Below are positions 17,355-26,106 of a stretch of DNA of 43,643 nt, piece by piece. How positions within the stretch are numbered: the stretch's first letter is position 1; the number at the start of each line of letters is the position of its first letter. The stretch comes from Nitrospirota bacterium. GTDB lineage: Bacteria; Nitrospirota; UBA9217. The notes beneath the pieces are model-generated. The model worked only from the letters and a program-made list of their open reading frames with translations, did no database searches and was not told the origin of the DNA. Position numbers and translations under genes: made by a program. The stretch covers positions 1 to 43,643 of the forward strand of contig JAOUEV010000028.1 in assembly GCA_029858565.1 (NCBI GenBank). Reading direction: 5' to 3'.

Positions 17355-17618
17355 TCGCTGTTCGCATCCGGCAACATCACCGCGTTCATGCGGCAGGACG
17401 CGGGCACCTATGAACTTGCATTCAAGCGGCCACGGATGCTGCGGGTGGACACGAAGTATGGCCGGTCCCTTGAAACGAGGATCCTGCGGGGAAGAACGGG
17501 ATATCGCGGTACAGACGTGGTTCCGCTCGTAGAGGTGACGGACCACCGCCTGCTTGCCATGGTCTACCAATACAAGCACCTGGACCTGCTGTACGGTCCG
17601 GAACCGGACAGCATCTAG
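17355..17618 (+). pseudogene. Probable internal gene fragment (outer-membrane lipoprotein-sorting/LolA-like fold, tentative)
   Basis: Protein-like frame ASGNITAFMRQDAGTYELAFKRPRMLRVDTKY...ETRILRG...LLAMVYQYKHLDLLYG bounded by TAG 17352-17354; no SD or signal peptide. Confidence 0.35.
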
Positions 17619-17639
17619 GGAAGATTCGGAGGAAGGGTC

Positions 17640-18089
17640 ATGAAAAGGATCGCATTTGCAGTCGCTGTGCTGTTTGTCGCAACTGTTCTGCCGGGCGTTG
17701 CCCGTGCTGATCTCGATCGGTTCATCAAGAACCTGAACGTCGAGGCCCAGGCGGATATCGGCAACTACAACGTGAAAGTGAGCCAGCAGTTCGGGGTGTC
17801 GGAAGTGCAGGTGAAGGAGATATCAAGCAAGGTGGATTCGCCGGCTGATGCGTTCCTCTGCCTGCAGGTGGCCCAGATGACGGAGAGGAAGCCGGAGGAG
17901 GTCTTGCGGGTTTACCAGCAGAACAGGGGGAAGGGATGGGGCGCAATCGCCAAGGCCATGGGTATCAAGCCGGGCTCGCCCGAGTTCCATGCGCTCAAAA
18001 GCGGCAATTTCGAACTGACCGGCCGGCCCGGCGGCGGAGCAGGGCAGGGGCAGGGAAAAGGCAAGGGAAAGGGCCGCGGCAGGAACTAG
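17640..18089 (+). CDS. Secreted conserved hypothetical protein with Gly/Lys-rich tail (149 aa)
   Basis: SD GGAGG; signal peptide ending ARA; motif GKGWGAIAKAMGIKPGSPEFHALK; GQGKGKGKG tail. Confidence 0.8.
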   Translation: MKRIAFAVAVLFVATVLPGVARADLDRFIKNLNVEAQADIGNYNVKVSQQFGVSEVQVKEISSKVDSPADAFLCLQVAQMTERKPEEVLRVYQQNRGKGWGAIAKAMGIKPGSPEFHALKSGNFELTGRPGGGAGQGQGKGKGKGRGRN

Positions 18090-18108
18090 ACAACATCCAG
18101 GAGTTTGC

Positions 18109-18152
18109 AAAAACAGGCTGACCGGAGATATCCGGTCAGCCTGAACTGTTTT
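18109..18152. terminator. Probable bidirectional terminator between convergent genes
   Basis: Perfect 13-bp stem CAGGCTGACCGGA-GATA-TCCGGTCAGCCTG (18114-18143) flanked by A and T runs. Confidence 0.8.
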
Positions 18153-18190
18153 CTGTTCAATTTCAGTCACCCGCAGAGGAACGCCTGCGC

Positions 18191-20110
18191 CTACTTCTTC
18201 CGCTTCTCCATTTCCTTCTGCACCGTGGGGAAGGCATGCAGGTCCGTGTGGGGCAGGAAGAGCGCGGACATGTATTCGTCCATGAAACTGCGCGAGACCG
18301 AGAGCTCCACATAGGTCATCTTTTTGGCGATCTCCTCGGCCTCGTGGCGCAGGCGGTCGCAGAGCAGCGAGTAGTATGCGCCCACGATGGAGGTGTTGCC
18401 CAGGAACTGGAACTTCTCCACCGCCAGGTCCGGCAGCATGCCGATGGTTATGGCCCGCTCCACGTCGATGTACCTGCCGAAGCCTCCGGCGATATAGATC
18501 TTCGCGATGTCCCCGAAGGTCATGCCCATGTGGCCGACCAGTGTCGCGAAGCCCGCGTAGATCGCGGCCTTGGCGCGGATCAGGTTGTCCAGGTCCACCT
18601 CGGTGATCACGATCTCCTTGTTGATCGCCGACTCCACGCGCCAGGCGAGCACGAACTCCAGTCCGTTCTCGCCCTTGCGCACGCGATTGGACCCGATCTC
18701 CTCGCGGATCTTGCCCTTCTGGTCGATCACGCCGGTGAGGTACATTTCCGCCAGGGCGTCGATCATGCCGGAGCCGCAGATGCCGATGGGCTTGGCATCG
18801 CCGATGACCCGGTAGTTCACCTCGTGCGTTTGGGGATTTATCTCAACTTCCTCGATGGCGCCTTCCATGGCGCGCATGCCGAACTTGATGCCGCTCCCTT
18901 CGAAGGCCGGGCCCGCTGAGCAGGCCGCGGTCACCATCCAGTCCTTGTTGCCCAGCACGATCTCGCCGTTCGTCCCGATGTCGATGAAGAGCGAGACCTC
19001 TTCCTTCTTGTGGATCTGCGAGACCAGCACTCCCGACGTGATGTCGCCGCCCACGTAGCTGGCCACGTTCGGCATGGAATAGATCAGGGCCTGGGGGTCG
19101 ATGGTAAAGCCGATGCTCTTGCCGCGGATGAGCGGGAAGAAGGCCGCGGTCGGGATGTAGGGCTCCTCGCGGATGAACTGGGGGTTGATGCCGTAGAAGA
19201 GATGGTTCATCGTGGTATTGCCCGCGACGACCATGTAGTCGATCATGCCCGGCCGGATGCCGTGCTTGGTCGCGATCTCGGTCAGCAGGCTGCTGATGTT
19301 GTTGATCACGAGGTCCTGGAGCTCCTGCAGTCCGTTCTTCTCCGTGGCGTAGACGATGCGGGTGATCACGTCGTCACCGCACTTGACCTGGGCGTTGTAG
19401 GACGAGGCCGAGCCGATGATGTGGCCGTTGGCGAGGTCCACCAGATAGACCACGACCGTGGTGGTGCCGATGTCCACGGCCACGCCGAAGCGCTTTTTCA
19501 CCACGTTATGGGGGAAGATGTCCAGCACCTCGGTCACCGTGCCCGTGTGGAACAGGGCCAGGGTCACCTTCCACGCCGCTTCGCGCAGCACATGGCTGAG
19601 CTTCCTGAGCACCATGAAGTTGATGTGCAGGTTCTCCACGTCGAATCCCGCCTGGTCGAGCGCGCGGCGCACCCGCTCCAGGTCCGAGATATTGTCGTCC
19701 AGCGTGGGCGGGGCAAGGTCGAGGTAGATCCTGCTGATGCGGGACTCCAGGCAGCCGCCCGCCTCCTGCATGAACTTGAGCAGCTCCTCGGTCTTGGCGC
19801 CGGTCGCGATCTTGTGCTTGGCCTGCATGCGCGACTCCGCCGGGATCTCCACGGTCAGTTCGCTCTGCACGTGGGAATGGCAGGCCAGGACATAGCCGCG
19901 CTCCTGCTCTTCGGCGGAAAGATAGGACTTTGACTGGCCCGGGTCCACGGTGCCCTGCTTGACCACGAGCTTGCACTTGCCGCAGTTGCCCTTGCCGCCG
20001 CAGGAGGAGAGCACGTACACGCCCGCGGCCTTGGCCGCCTTGAACAGGCTGCCTCCGTGCTCCATCTCGATGGTCAGGTTGTCAGGAAGAAAGGTCACTT
20101 TATGCTTCAT
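18191..20110 (-). CDS. ASKHA-domain [2Fe-2S] protein, reductive activator of corrinoid proteins (RACo/AcsV/DUF4445 family) (639 aa)
   Basis: N-terminal ferredoxin CGGKGNCGKC...LAC; DIGTTT, GDDVITRI, DIGTNGE, SAGPAFEG, GICGSG, AGGFG motifs. Confidence 0.92.
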   Translation of the reverse strand: MKHKVTFLPDNLTIEMEHGGSLFKAAKAAGVYVLSSCGGKGNCGKCKLVVKQGTVDPGQSKSYLSAEEQERGYVLACHSHVQSELTVEIPAESRMQAKHKIATGAKTEELLKFMQEAGGCLESRISRIYLDLAPPTLDDNISDLERVRRALDQAGFDVENLHINFMVLRKLSHVLREAAWKVTLALFHTGTVTEVLDIFPHNVVKKRFGVAVDIGTTTVVVYLVDLANGHIIGSASSYNAQVKCGDDVITRIVYATEKNGLQELQDLVINNISSLLTEIATKHGIRPGMIDYMVVAGNTTMNHLFYGINPQFIREEPYIPTAAFFPLIRGKSIGFTIDPQALIYSMPNVASYVGGDITSGVLVSQIHKKEEVSLFIDIGTNGEIVLGNKDWMVTAACSAGPAFEGSGIKFGMRAMEGAIEEVEINPQTHEVNYRVIGDAKPIGICGSGMIDALAEMYLTGVIDQKGKIREEIGSNRVRKGENGLEFVLAWRVESAINKEIVITEVDLDNLIRAKAAIYAGFATLVGHMGMTFGDIAKIYIAGGFGRYIDVERAITIGMLPDLAVEKFQFLGNTSIVGAYYSLLCDRLRHEAEEIAKKMTYVELSVSRSFMDEYMSALFLPHTDLHAFPTVQKEMEKRKK

Positions 20111-20117
20111 GGAAAAA

Positions 20118-20147
20118 ACTATAACAGGGAGCCTGCGGAAGCGTCAA
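20118..20147 (-). promoter_or_regulatory. Putative promoter TTGACG-18-TGnTATAGT ending 7 nt before the RACo ATG
   Basis: Minus-strand -35 at 20142-20147, -10 at 20118-20123; no SD. Confidence 0.65.
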
Positions 20148-20313
20148 GGGGTTTCTGGAAGCAGAGGCAGGAAAAAACATTATTGACAGGTCAGAAGCGG
20201 ATGAACATCCTGATAAAGGCGGATACAGCGAAAGCTTCAGGACCGCGGCAGTTCTCACATAGTAGTACCAACGATTATTGCAAAATGACATTCGAGGATA
20301 TTATAATGTTCCC

Positions 20314-20808
20314 GTGACCTTTCGTATAACCACACTTCCCAAAGGATCGCTGCAGGCCTGTGCCCTGACCGCGCTCCTCTTCCTCTCAGCATGCGGCACC
20401 GGACATGTGCCAGTGAAGCCCGTGAAGGGCTACACTCCGGCTGTCGGAGAAAAAGCTGCGAACACGGCAGTCTCCATGATAGGGCGTCCCTACAAATATA
20501 CCGGGGATACCCCCTCGGGATTCGACTGCAGCGGACTGGTGCGGTACAGCTATCTCACCGCGGGCATGGACCTTCCTCACGGTACGTCATCGCTCAAGAG
20601 CATCTCCCGGCCGGTAGGTTCTTCTTCTGCGCGCAAGGGAGACCTGGTCTTTTTTGTGCAGGAAGGGAAGAAGTATTCTCATGTGGGAATCTATGTGGGG
20701 AAGAATAATTTTGTGCACGCGCCGAGCACCGGGGGCAAGGTCCGCAGGGACAGCCTGACTGACCCCTACTGGAAGAAACATTACCTTGATACGAGAAGAT
20801 TCATTTGA
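20314..20808 (+). CDS. NlpC/P60 (C40) cell-wall peptidase lipoprotein (~164 aa; start tentative)
   Basis: Lipobox LSAC; IGRPYKYTG..PSGFDCSGLV, GDLVFF, HVGIY..FVHAPS (Cys-His-His triad). Confidence 0.92.
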   Translation: MTFRITTLPKGSLQACALTALLFLSACGTGHVPVKPVKGYTPAVGEKAANTAVSMIGRPYKYTGDTPSGFDCSGLVRYSYLTAGMDLPHGTSSLKSISRPVGSSSARKGDLVFFVQEGKKYSHVGIYVGKNNFVHAPSTGGKVRRDSLTDPYWKKHYLDTRRFI

Positions 20809-20814
20809 AATACG

Positions 20815-20885
20815 GGGCTAGATGAATCAGGGCTAGGTGAGGCAGGGGAAGATCGATAAAGAAGGGCTAGGTGATGCGGGGCTAG
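20815..20885 (+). repeat. Four GGGCTAG direct repeats in a convergent intergenic gap
   Basis: Copies at 20815, 20830, 20864 and 20879 (spacing 15/34/15). Confidence 0.65.
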
Positions 20886-20937
20886 GAGTGACAAGGGGTA
20901 TATCCCTTTAACCCTCCAGCCCTTGTTTTGTTTTAAC

Positions 20938-21702
20938 TTATTTTTTCTTCCTCGCTGGCGGTTCCAGTGCCGCTGCTGCCCGTTCTTCCTTGGCCCGCTG
21001 GGCAATGCCGCTCCAGAGACCGTAGAACAGGACCTGCAGGGTCATTACCACGACAAATCCCAGATGGGTCACATATCCCATGTAGTCCGCAGCCTGTACG
21101 GTCAGCTCCTCGATCGCCCGGTAGAGCGCAAGAAGGTTGGTCATCGTGGAGATGACAGTGACCGCGGCGCCTGCCATGACCCCCTCCAGGATGGCGTTCC
21201 CCCTGGTCGTCGTACCGATCCAGATGCCCGTGCCCAGGCTGGCGGTCAGGGCGATAAGGGCGAGCAGCACGATGCTCCAGTTCCCCGATATCCAGGGATG
21301 GTCGCCCCGGAGAAGACGGCCCATAGTTTCGACTGAAAAAGCCCCATAAGCGCCTGCAAAGCTTTGCTTGGTCGCGTACAGGTGGGCGGCGGTCAGGATC
21401 ACCTCGAAGGTGAACTTGATGCACATGCTGATGCCCACATCAACAATGACCCGTTCGACGGTTATGTTCTTGAAGATGGCCGAAACGCCGGCCTTCATTT
21501 CTGCCTTGGCCTGGGACGGGGGGATGGGTTTGGATTTTCCCGTTCTGCGCTTTTCGAGCGCCTCGTATACGATGGCGTAGAGGATGGGAATGAGCGGAAA
21601 GATGCGGCTGGTGTACATCTCTAGGTCAAAGGTCCTGCTGAGCGTCACAAGGCCTGCTGCACTGCCGATGGCGATCAGAAAGCTGATGAACAGTGTGTTC
21701 AT
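20938..21702 (-). CDS. Hypothetical integral membrane protein (254 aa)
   Basis: About 5-6 hydrophobic segments, basic C-terminus; perfect extended -10 TGGTATAAT 9 nt upstream of the ATG. Confidence 0.75.
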   Translation of the reverse strand: MNTLFISFLIAIGSAAGLVTLSRTFDLEMYTSRIFPLIPILYAIVYEALEKRRTGKSKPIPPSQAKAEMKAGVSAIFKNITVERVIVDVGISMCIKFTFEVILTAAHLYATKQSFAGAYGAFSVETMGRLLRGDHPWISGNWSIVLLALIALTASLGTGIWIGTTTRGNAILEGVMAGAAVTVISTMTNLLALYRAIEELTVQAADYMGYVTHLGFVVVMTLQVLFYGLWSGIAQRAKEERAAAALEPPARKKK

Positions 21703-21770
21703 AGAGAGAACATTATACCACAGGTACAGCTGCTGACGGAATGCTTGCCAAGATCCTCAGCTGCCGGGGG

Positions 21771-22436
21771 CTACTTTTTTGACTGCTTTTCCGCTGTATT
21801 AGACAGTTCCTTGTAAAAGTCCTTGCCAAGAAAGGTCTCAATGGTCTTCTTGAGGCTCTTGTACATGGGCGGTCCCGAAGGCTCGGACATGCATTTGATA
21901 TGGTTCAGGTATGGCGTGTCCTGGATGGACAGGACCTTCTTTCCGTCCTCGGTTGTGTAGAAAGAAAGAGGGTACTGGACGCAGTCCGCGAACTTGAACT
22001 CCTCCCAGACCAGACCCTTATCCATGGCAAAGGTGTGCACGGCACAGTATTGCAGGCCTTCCTTGTTCGTATAGAGCAGGGCGCAGGTCTTGTTGTGGAT
22101 CAGGACGCAGCGGAAATCAGCTCCGCCGAATTCCCTGCGGATGGCCTGTGCTTCGTCATCGTGGATCTCGCAGCCCTGGGGGCACTGTTTTTTGCACTCC
22201 GCCAGGATGGTGCCGTTCTTTTTGAGCGCTTCCCGGTTTTCAGGTCCCAGGTAGCTGAGGATTTCATCGAAATGCGCTTCGATCCGCTTGACCTCCTGGG
22301 GAGGAACGATGCAGGAACGGTAGCAGCACATGGAGTTGCAGCCGTATTTTACCACATCGCAGGTGTAGGGACGGGTGAATATCTCAGGATTTACCAGGAC
22401 ACCGGCGATTTCCACGAACAACTTCTCGTCAGCCAT
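21771..22436 (-). CDS. Cys-rich DUF3109-like protein (221 aa)
   Basis: SD GGGGAGG before ATG 22436; CD...GCNSMCC, CKKQCPQGC, CALL...CAVH, K.ADCVQYP patterns. Confidence 0.7.
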   Translation of the reverse strand: MADEKLFVEIAGVLVNPEIFTRPYTCDVVKYGCNSMCCYRSCIVPPQEVKRIEAHFDEILSYLGPENREALKKNGTILAECKKQCPQGCEIHDDEAQAIRREFGGADFRCVLIHNKTCALLYTNKEGLQYCAVHTFAMDKGLVWEEFKFADCVQYPLSFYTTEDGKKVLSIQDTPYLNHIKCMSEPSGPPMYKSLKKTIETFLGKDFYKELSNTAEKQSKK

Positions 22437-22707
22437 CAAAAAACCTCCCCAAAAGACAGTTGCAAGCCGCCGGTGGCGGGTAGCCGGGAGGAAGATCACG
22501 AACACTGAACGAGGGTCCGTGGACCAATCATCCTTTCCCGGTCGGCGACTGCCAATATATATCGCCGGCAAAAGGTTGTAAAGGACTTTTTCGGGTCTTT
22601 CACGCGCTCTTCGACCGTTGTCAGGACCAAGAAAACGTCTCGTCGGACCGCTGACGGCGTGAACATTACCACGGGGGAAAAAAAATGAGGCCCCTTGTTG
22701 TTTTTTA

Positions 22708-22736
22708 TTGACGTGCCGTGCTGATTTTGATATATA
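22708..22736 (+). promoter_or_regulatory. Putative promoter of the spe operon, TTGACG-17-TGnTATATA
   Basis: TTGACG 22708-22713, TATATA 22731-22736; leaves a ~150-nt leader before speD. Confidence 0.55.
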
Positions 22737-22889
22737 ACAATCAAATTTTGTGCGGTGGTAGGTGCCGTCGGAGGTCACGACGGATGTGGCGAAAACAAAG
22801 TAGCCCTCTCGCGCGAGCGGGAGGCGGTGCTCGCAGAACCGGGAGGCAAGCCCGGGGGTCTTCGGCGGGCGGAGAAGGAGGCAAACAGG

Positions 22890-23288
22890 TTGCACGCGTT
22901 GGGAACCCACTTGTTGCTGGAGTTGCGGGATTGCAACCCCAAGACCCTCGGAAGTCTGGAATTTGTTAAGAATGCAATGCAAAATGCCGCACTAGAGGCA
23001 AAGGCGACGATCGTAGAGGTCGCTTTCCACGAATTCAGCCCCTTTGGTGTCAGCGGTATGGTAGTCATTGCTGAATCTCACCTTGCCATCCACACTTGGC
23101 CGGAATACGGCTACGCCGCAGTCGATGTTTTCACTTGCGGGGACCTCATTAAACCCCAGGTCGCCGCAAAATTCCTCATCGAACAGTTCGAGTGCAAGAA
23201 CTCCTCCATCGTAGAGATGAAGCGGGGAGTGCTCGGCCACGAAAAGCTACCGCACAAGGTCACGCTTCAGGAGCCGGCATACGCATGA
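22890..23288 (+). CDS. speD: S-adenosylmethionine decarboxylase proenzyme, class 1B (132 aa, TTG start)
   Basis: SD AAGGAGG before TTG 22890; GTHLLLEL..C, HEFSPFGVSG, ESHLAIHTWPE (pyruvoyl cleavage site), AAVDVFTCG. Confidence 0.95.
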   Translation: MHALGTHLLLELRDCNPKTLGSLEFVKNAMQNAALEAKATIVEVAFHEFSPFGVSGMVVIAESHLAIHTWPEYGYAAVDVFTCGDLIKPQVAAKFLIEQFECKNSSIVEMKRGVLGHEKLPHKVTLQEPAYA

Positions 23289-24205
23289 TCGAACCAAAGA
23301 ATTACAAATGGTTCATTGAATATACCAGTCCGGAAGAGGGGCACCTCCACGGGATCCGCGATATCCTCTATACTGCCCAGACAAAGTACCAGAAGATGGA
23401 CATTATGGAGTGCGGAAGCTACGGGAGGTCCCTCGTCCTGGACGGTAAGATCCAGTCCACCGAGACGGACGAGTTCATTTACCACGAGTCACTCGTCCAT
23501 CCGGCCATGCTGACCCATCCGAACCCGAAACGGGTGTTCATTGTGGGCGGCGGCGAAGGGGCTACCCTTCGGGACGTGCTCAGGCACAAGACGGTCGAAT
23601 ACTGCATGATGGTCGATATAGACCAGGATGTGGTTGAAAAGTCGAAAGAATTGCTACCGGCCTGGAGCGCGGGTGCTTTTGACGACCCGCGCACCGACCT
23701 TCGCTACATGGATGCCAGAAAGTACCTTGAAGAGACCACCGATTCCTACGATGTCATCATCATCGACATCTCCGAACCGGTCGAGGAAGGCCCGGCCTAC
23801 CTGCTCTTTACCAAGGAGTTCTACGAGATCGTGAAGGAGCGGCTGTCTCCGGACGGGGTCATCTCTCTCCAGGCCGGAACCACGGCGCTCCATCAGCTCC
23901 TGAACTTCACTGCCGTGAACAAGACCTTGTCCGCCGTGTTCCCGGTGGTGGCGCCCTATGATATTCCGATCCCGTCCTTTGGCCTGCCCTGGGGATTCAC
24001 CCTGGCTTCCAAGAACATCGATCCCCGGAAATGGACGCCCAAGGAAGTGGACGACATGATCGCCAAGCGGATCTCCGTGGAGCCCAGGTTCTACGACGGA
24101 ATCGCCCATTTAGGATTATTCAATCTTCCCAAGCACATCCGGAAGGCAATGGCGGCGCAGACCAAGATCATCGAAGATAATTCGCCGCTGTTCACCTATC
24201 ATTAG
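23285..24205 (+). CDS. speE: Polyamine aminopropyltransferase (spermidine synthase family) (306 aa)
   Basis: ATGA overlap with speD; LVLDGKIQS, DEFIYHESLVHP, GGGEGATLR, YDVIIID. Confidence 0.95.
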   Translation: MIEPKNYKWFIEYTSPEEGHLHGIRDILYTAQTKYQKMDIMECGSYGRSLVLDGKIQSTETDEFIYHESLVHPAMLTHPNPKRVFIVGGGEGATLRDVLRHKTVEYCMMVDIDQDVVEKSKELLPAWSAGAFDDPRTDLRYMDARKYLEETTDSYDVIIIDISEPVEEGPAYLLFTKEFYEIVKERLSPDGVISLQAGTTALHQLLNFTAVNKTLSAVFPVVAPYDIPIPSFGLPWGFTLASKNIDPRKWTPKEVDDMIAKRISVEPRFYDGIAHLGLFNLPKHIRKAMAAQTKIIEDNSPLFTYH

Positions 24206-24216
24206 GCGAAAAGGCC

Positions 24217-25695
24217 ATGAGCCCCCCACCCAGAGACGACGAACAGCTCCGCACCCCCCTGTTCGACGCAATGGTCAACCTTGCGGAGAGCCGCAAGGTC
24301 TCGTTCCATACCCCCGGCCATAAGAGCGGTAAAGGCATTGCGACCCGGTTCCGGAAGTTCGTGGGACCGCGCGTCTTTGCCATTGACCTTACGACCCTTG
24401 ATGAGGTCGATTCCCTGCAGAACCCGACAGGCGTGATCAAGGAAGCCCAGGAACTGGCTGCCAAGGCAGCAGGCGCCGACCGTTCCTACTTTCTCGTGAA
24501 CGGCACCACCGTGGGCAACCACGCCATGGTCGCCTCGTCCACCGGCCCGGGTGACAAGGTCCTGATCGCCCGGAACTGCCACCGTTCCGTGCTCACCGGA
24601 CTCATCATGAGCGGCGCATCGCCGATCTTCTTTCAGCCGACCTTTGACCGGAACCTGAAACTGACCCTGAATGTCACCTTTGACACGGTCAAGGAGGCGA
24701 TCGACGCAAATCCCGGCGCACGGGTGCTGCTGATCACGACCCCGAACTACTACGGCCTTTGCGCGGACATCGAGAAGATCATCCCCTATGCCCGGGAAAA
24801 GGGCCTGCTCGTGTTCGTGGACGAAGCTCATGGACCTCACCTCAAGTTCAATCCCAAACTGCCCAAATGCGCGCTTGAAGCAGGAGCCGACATGTGCGTC
24901 CAGTCGACCCACAAGATCGTTGGGGGCATGACCCAGGCATCGATGCTCCACGCCAATGCCGGCAGGGTGAACATCGACGATGTCACGAACACCCTGAAGC
25001 TCCTCCAGACCACCAGCCCTTCGTATATCCTGATGGCGTCCCTGGACCTGGCGCGCATGCAGATGGCGACAGACGGACGGAAACTCCTGAACCGGACCAT
25101 CAAGCTTGCCGAAGACGCCAGGACGGAGATCAACAAGATCCCGGGCATCGTCTGCTTTACCAAGGAGATGGCGAAACAGGCGGGCATGGCGGACATGGAC
25201 GTGACCAAACTCACGATCACCGTGGCCGACATGGGGCTGTCGGGCTACCACGTCTCCCAGATGCTGAACACCCGGTTCGGCATCCAGGTGGAGATGGCAG
25301 ATCCTTTTCATGTGCTCGTGATCGTTTCCATCGGCGACCGTCAGGACGACCTGAACCGCCTGGTGGAGGCGCTCAAGACGATCTCGGCCGAGAACGGGCT
25401 CCAGGGCGCGCTTCTGCCCCTGGACAAGGTCCATCCTCCGGTGCTGTCGAACCGTTTTGCCATGACCCCCCGCAAGGCTTTCTACTCGGACAGCGAACTG
25501 GTGAATGTAAAGGATTCCATCGGCCGCGTCTCGACCGAGATCGTGACCGTGTACCCTCCCGGCATCCCGCTCCTGGTCCCTGGGGAAGAGATCTCCCAGG
25601 ACGCCCTCGATTACCTCCAGAACATGGCCGGCCTCGGCGCCATCATCGACGGTTTGAACGAGAACAACTCGCTTGTTCGCGTGGCGAAGGGGTAG
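24217..25695 (+). CDS. speA: PLP-dependent Arg/Lys/Orn decarboxylase (Bacillus SpeA-type, fold type I) (492 aa)
   Basis: SFHTPGHK, FLVNGTT, RNCHRS, DEAHG, QSTHK (PLP lysine), TTSPSY, YPPGIP; substrate inferred from operon context. Confidence 0.85.
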   Translation: MSPPPRDDEQLRTPLFDAMVNLAESRKVSFHTPGHKSGKGIATRFRKFVGPRVFAIDLTTLDEVDSLQNPTGVIKEAQELAAKAAGADRSYFLVNGTTVGNHAMVASSTGPGDKVLIARNCHRSVLTGLIMSGASPIFFQPTFDRNLKLTLNVTFDTVKEAIDANPGARVLLITTPNYYGLCADIEKIIPYAREKGLLVFVDEAHGPHLKFNPKLPKCALEAGADMCVQSTHKIVGGMTQASMLHANAGRVNIDDVTNTLKLLQTTSPSYILMASLDLARMQMATDGRKLLNRTIKLAEDARTEINKIPGIVCFTKEMAKQAGMADMDVTKLTITVADMGLSGYHVSQMLNTRFGIQVEMADPFHVLVIVSIGDRQDDLNRLVEALKTISAENGLQGALLPLDKVHPPVLSNRFAMTPRKAFYSDSELVNVKDSIGRVSTEIVTVYPPGIPLLVPGEEISQDALDYLQNMAGLGAIIDGLNENNSLVRVAKG

Positions 25696-25771
25696 AGGTT
25701 TACCCCTTTCATGCATAAAACGGACAGAGAGTAGCCCTTCCCTTCTTGATCTGACATCGTTGTTATTCCCC

Positions 25772-25800
25772 TTGCCTTTCTGTAGCCCATAGAGTACAAT
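25772..25800 (+). promoter_or_regulatory. Promoter TTGCCT-17-TACAAT, 6 nt before the toxin GTG
   Basis: -35 at 25772-25777, -10 at 25795-25800, GTG at 25807, no SD. Confidence 0.65.
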
Positions 25801-25806
25801 CAAATT

Positions 25807-26097
25807 GTGATCGAGATTCAGAAGACCGAAATATTCGAACGGTGGTTGACAAGCTTGCGCGACCGGAAAGCTGCCGCCCGGATAAAATCTCGCATCGATA
25901 GGTTGCATCTCGGGTTGTTCGGAGATGTCAAACCGGTGGGAGAGGGCGTTTCCGAAATGCGGATTGACTATGGTCCTGGTTATCGTATCTATTTTGTTCA
26001 ACGCGGCAGGGAACTCGTGATCTTGCTGGCAGGGGGCGATAAGCGCACGCAAGCAAAGGATATTCAACGGGCGCATGAACTAGCGCGGATGCTTTAG
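25807..26097 (+). CDS. RelE/ParE-superfamily addiction-module killer protein (HI1419-like) (96 aa)
   Basis: FERWLTSLRDRKAAARI...GDVKPVGEGVSEMRIDYGPGYRIYF...ILLAGGDKRTQAKDI. Confidence 0.93.
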   Translation: MIEIQKTEIFERWLTSLRDRKAAARIKSRIDRLHLGLFGDVKPVGEGVSEMRIDYGPGYRIYFVQRGRELVILLAGGDKRTQAKDIQRAHELARML

Positions 26098-26106
26098 GAG
26101 GATGGT

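Noticed and set aside
20183-20211. TTGACA with CATCCT at 17 nt as a promoter for a small RNA or the 86-aa ORF 20057-20317
   Set aside because: Weak -10, no terminator or coding signal; cannot be supported
22743-22889. Canonical SAM-I riboswitch upstream of speD
   Set aside because: Lacks the ATC-AGAG, GCAACC and GTGC-AA-TCC consensus elements; kept only as a novel-leader candidate
24202-26076. 624-aa minus-strand ORF
   Set aside because: Antisense shadow of speA and the toxin gene; no motifs; expected from strong GC3 bias
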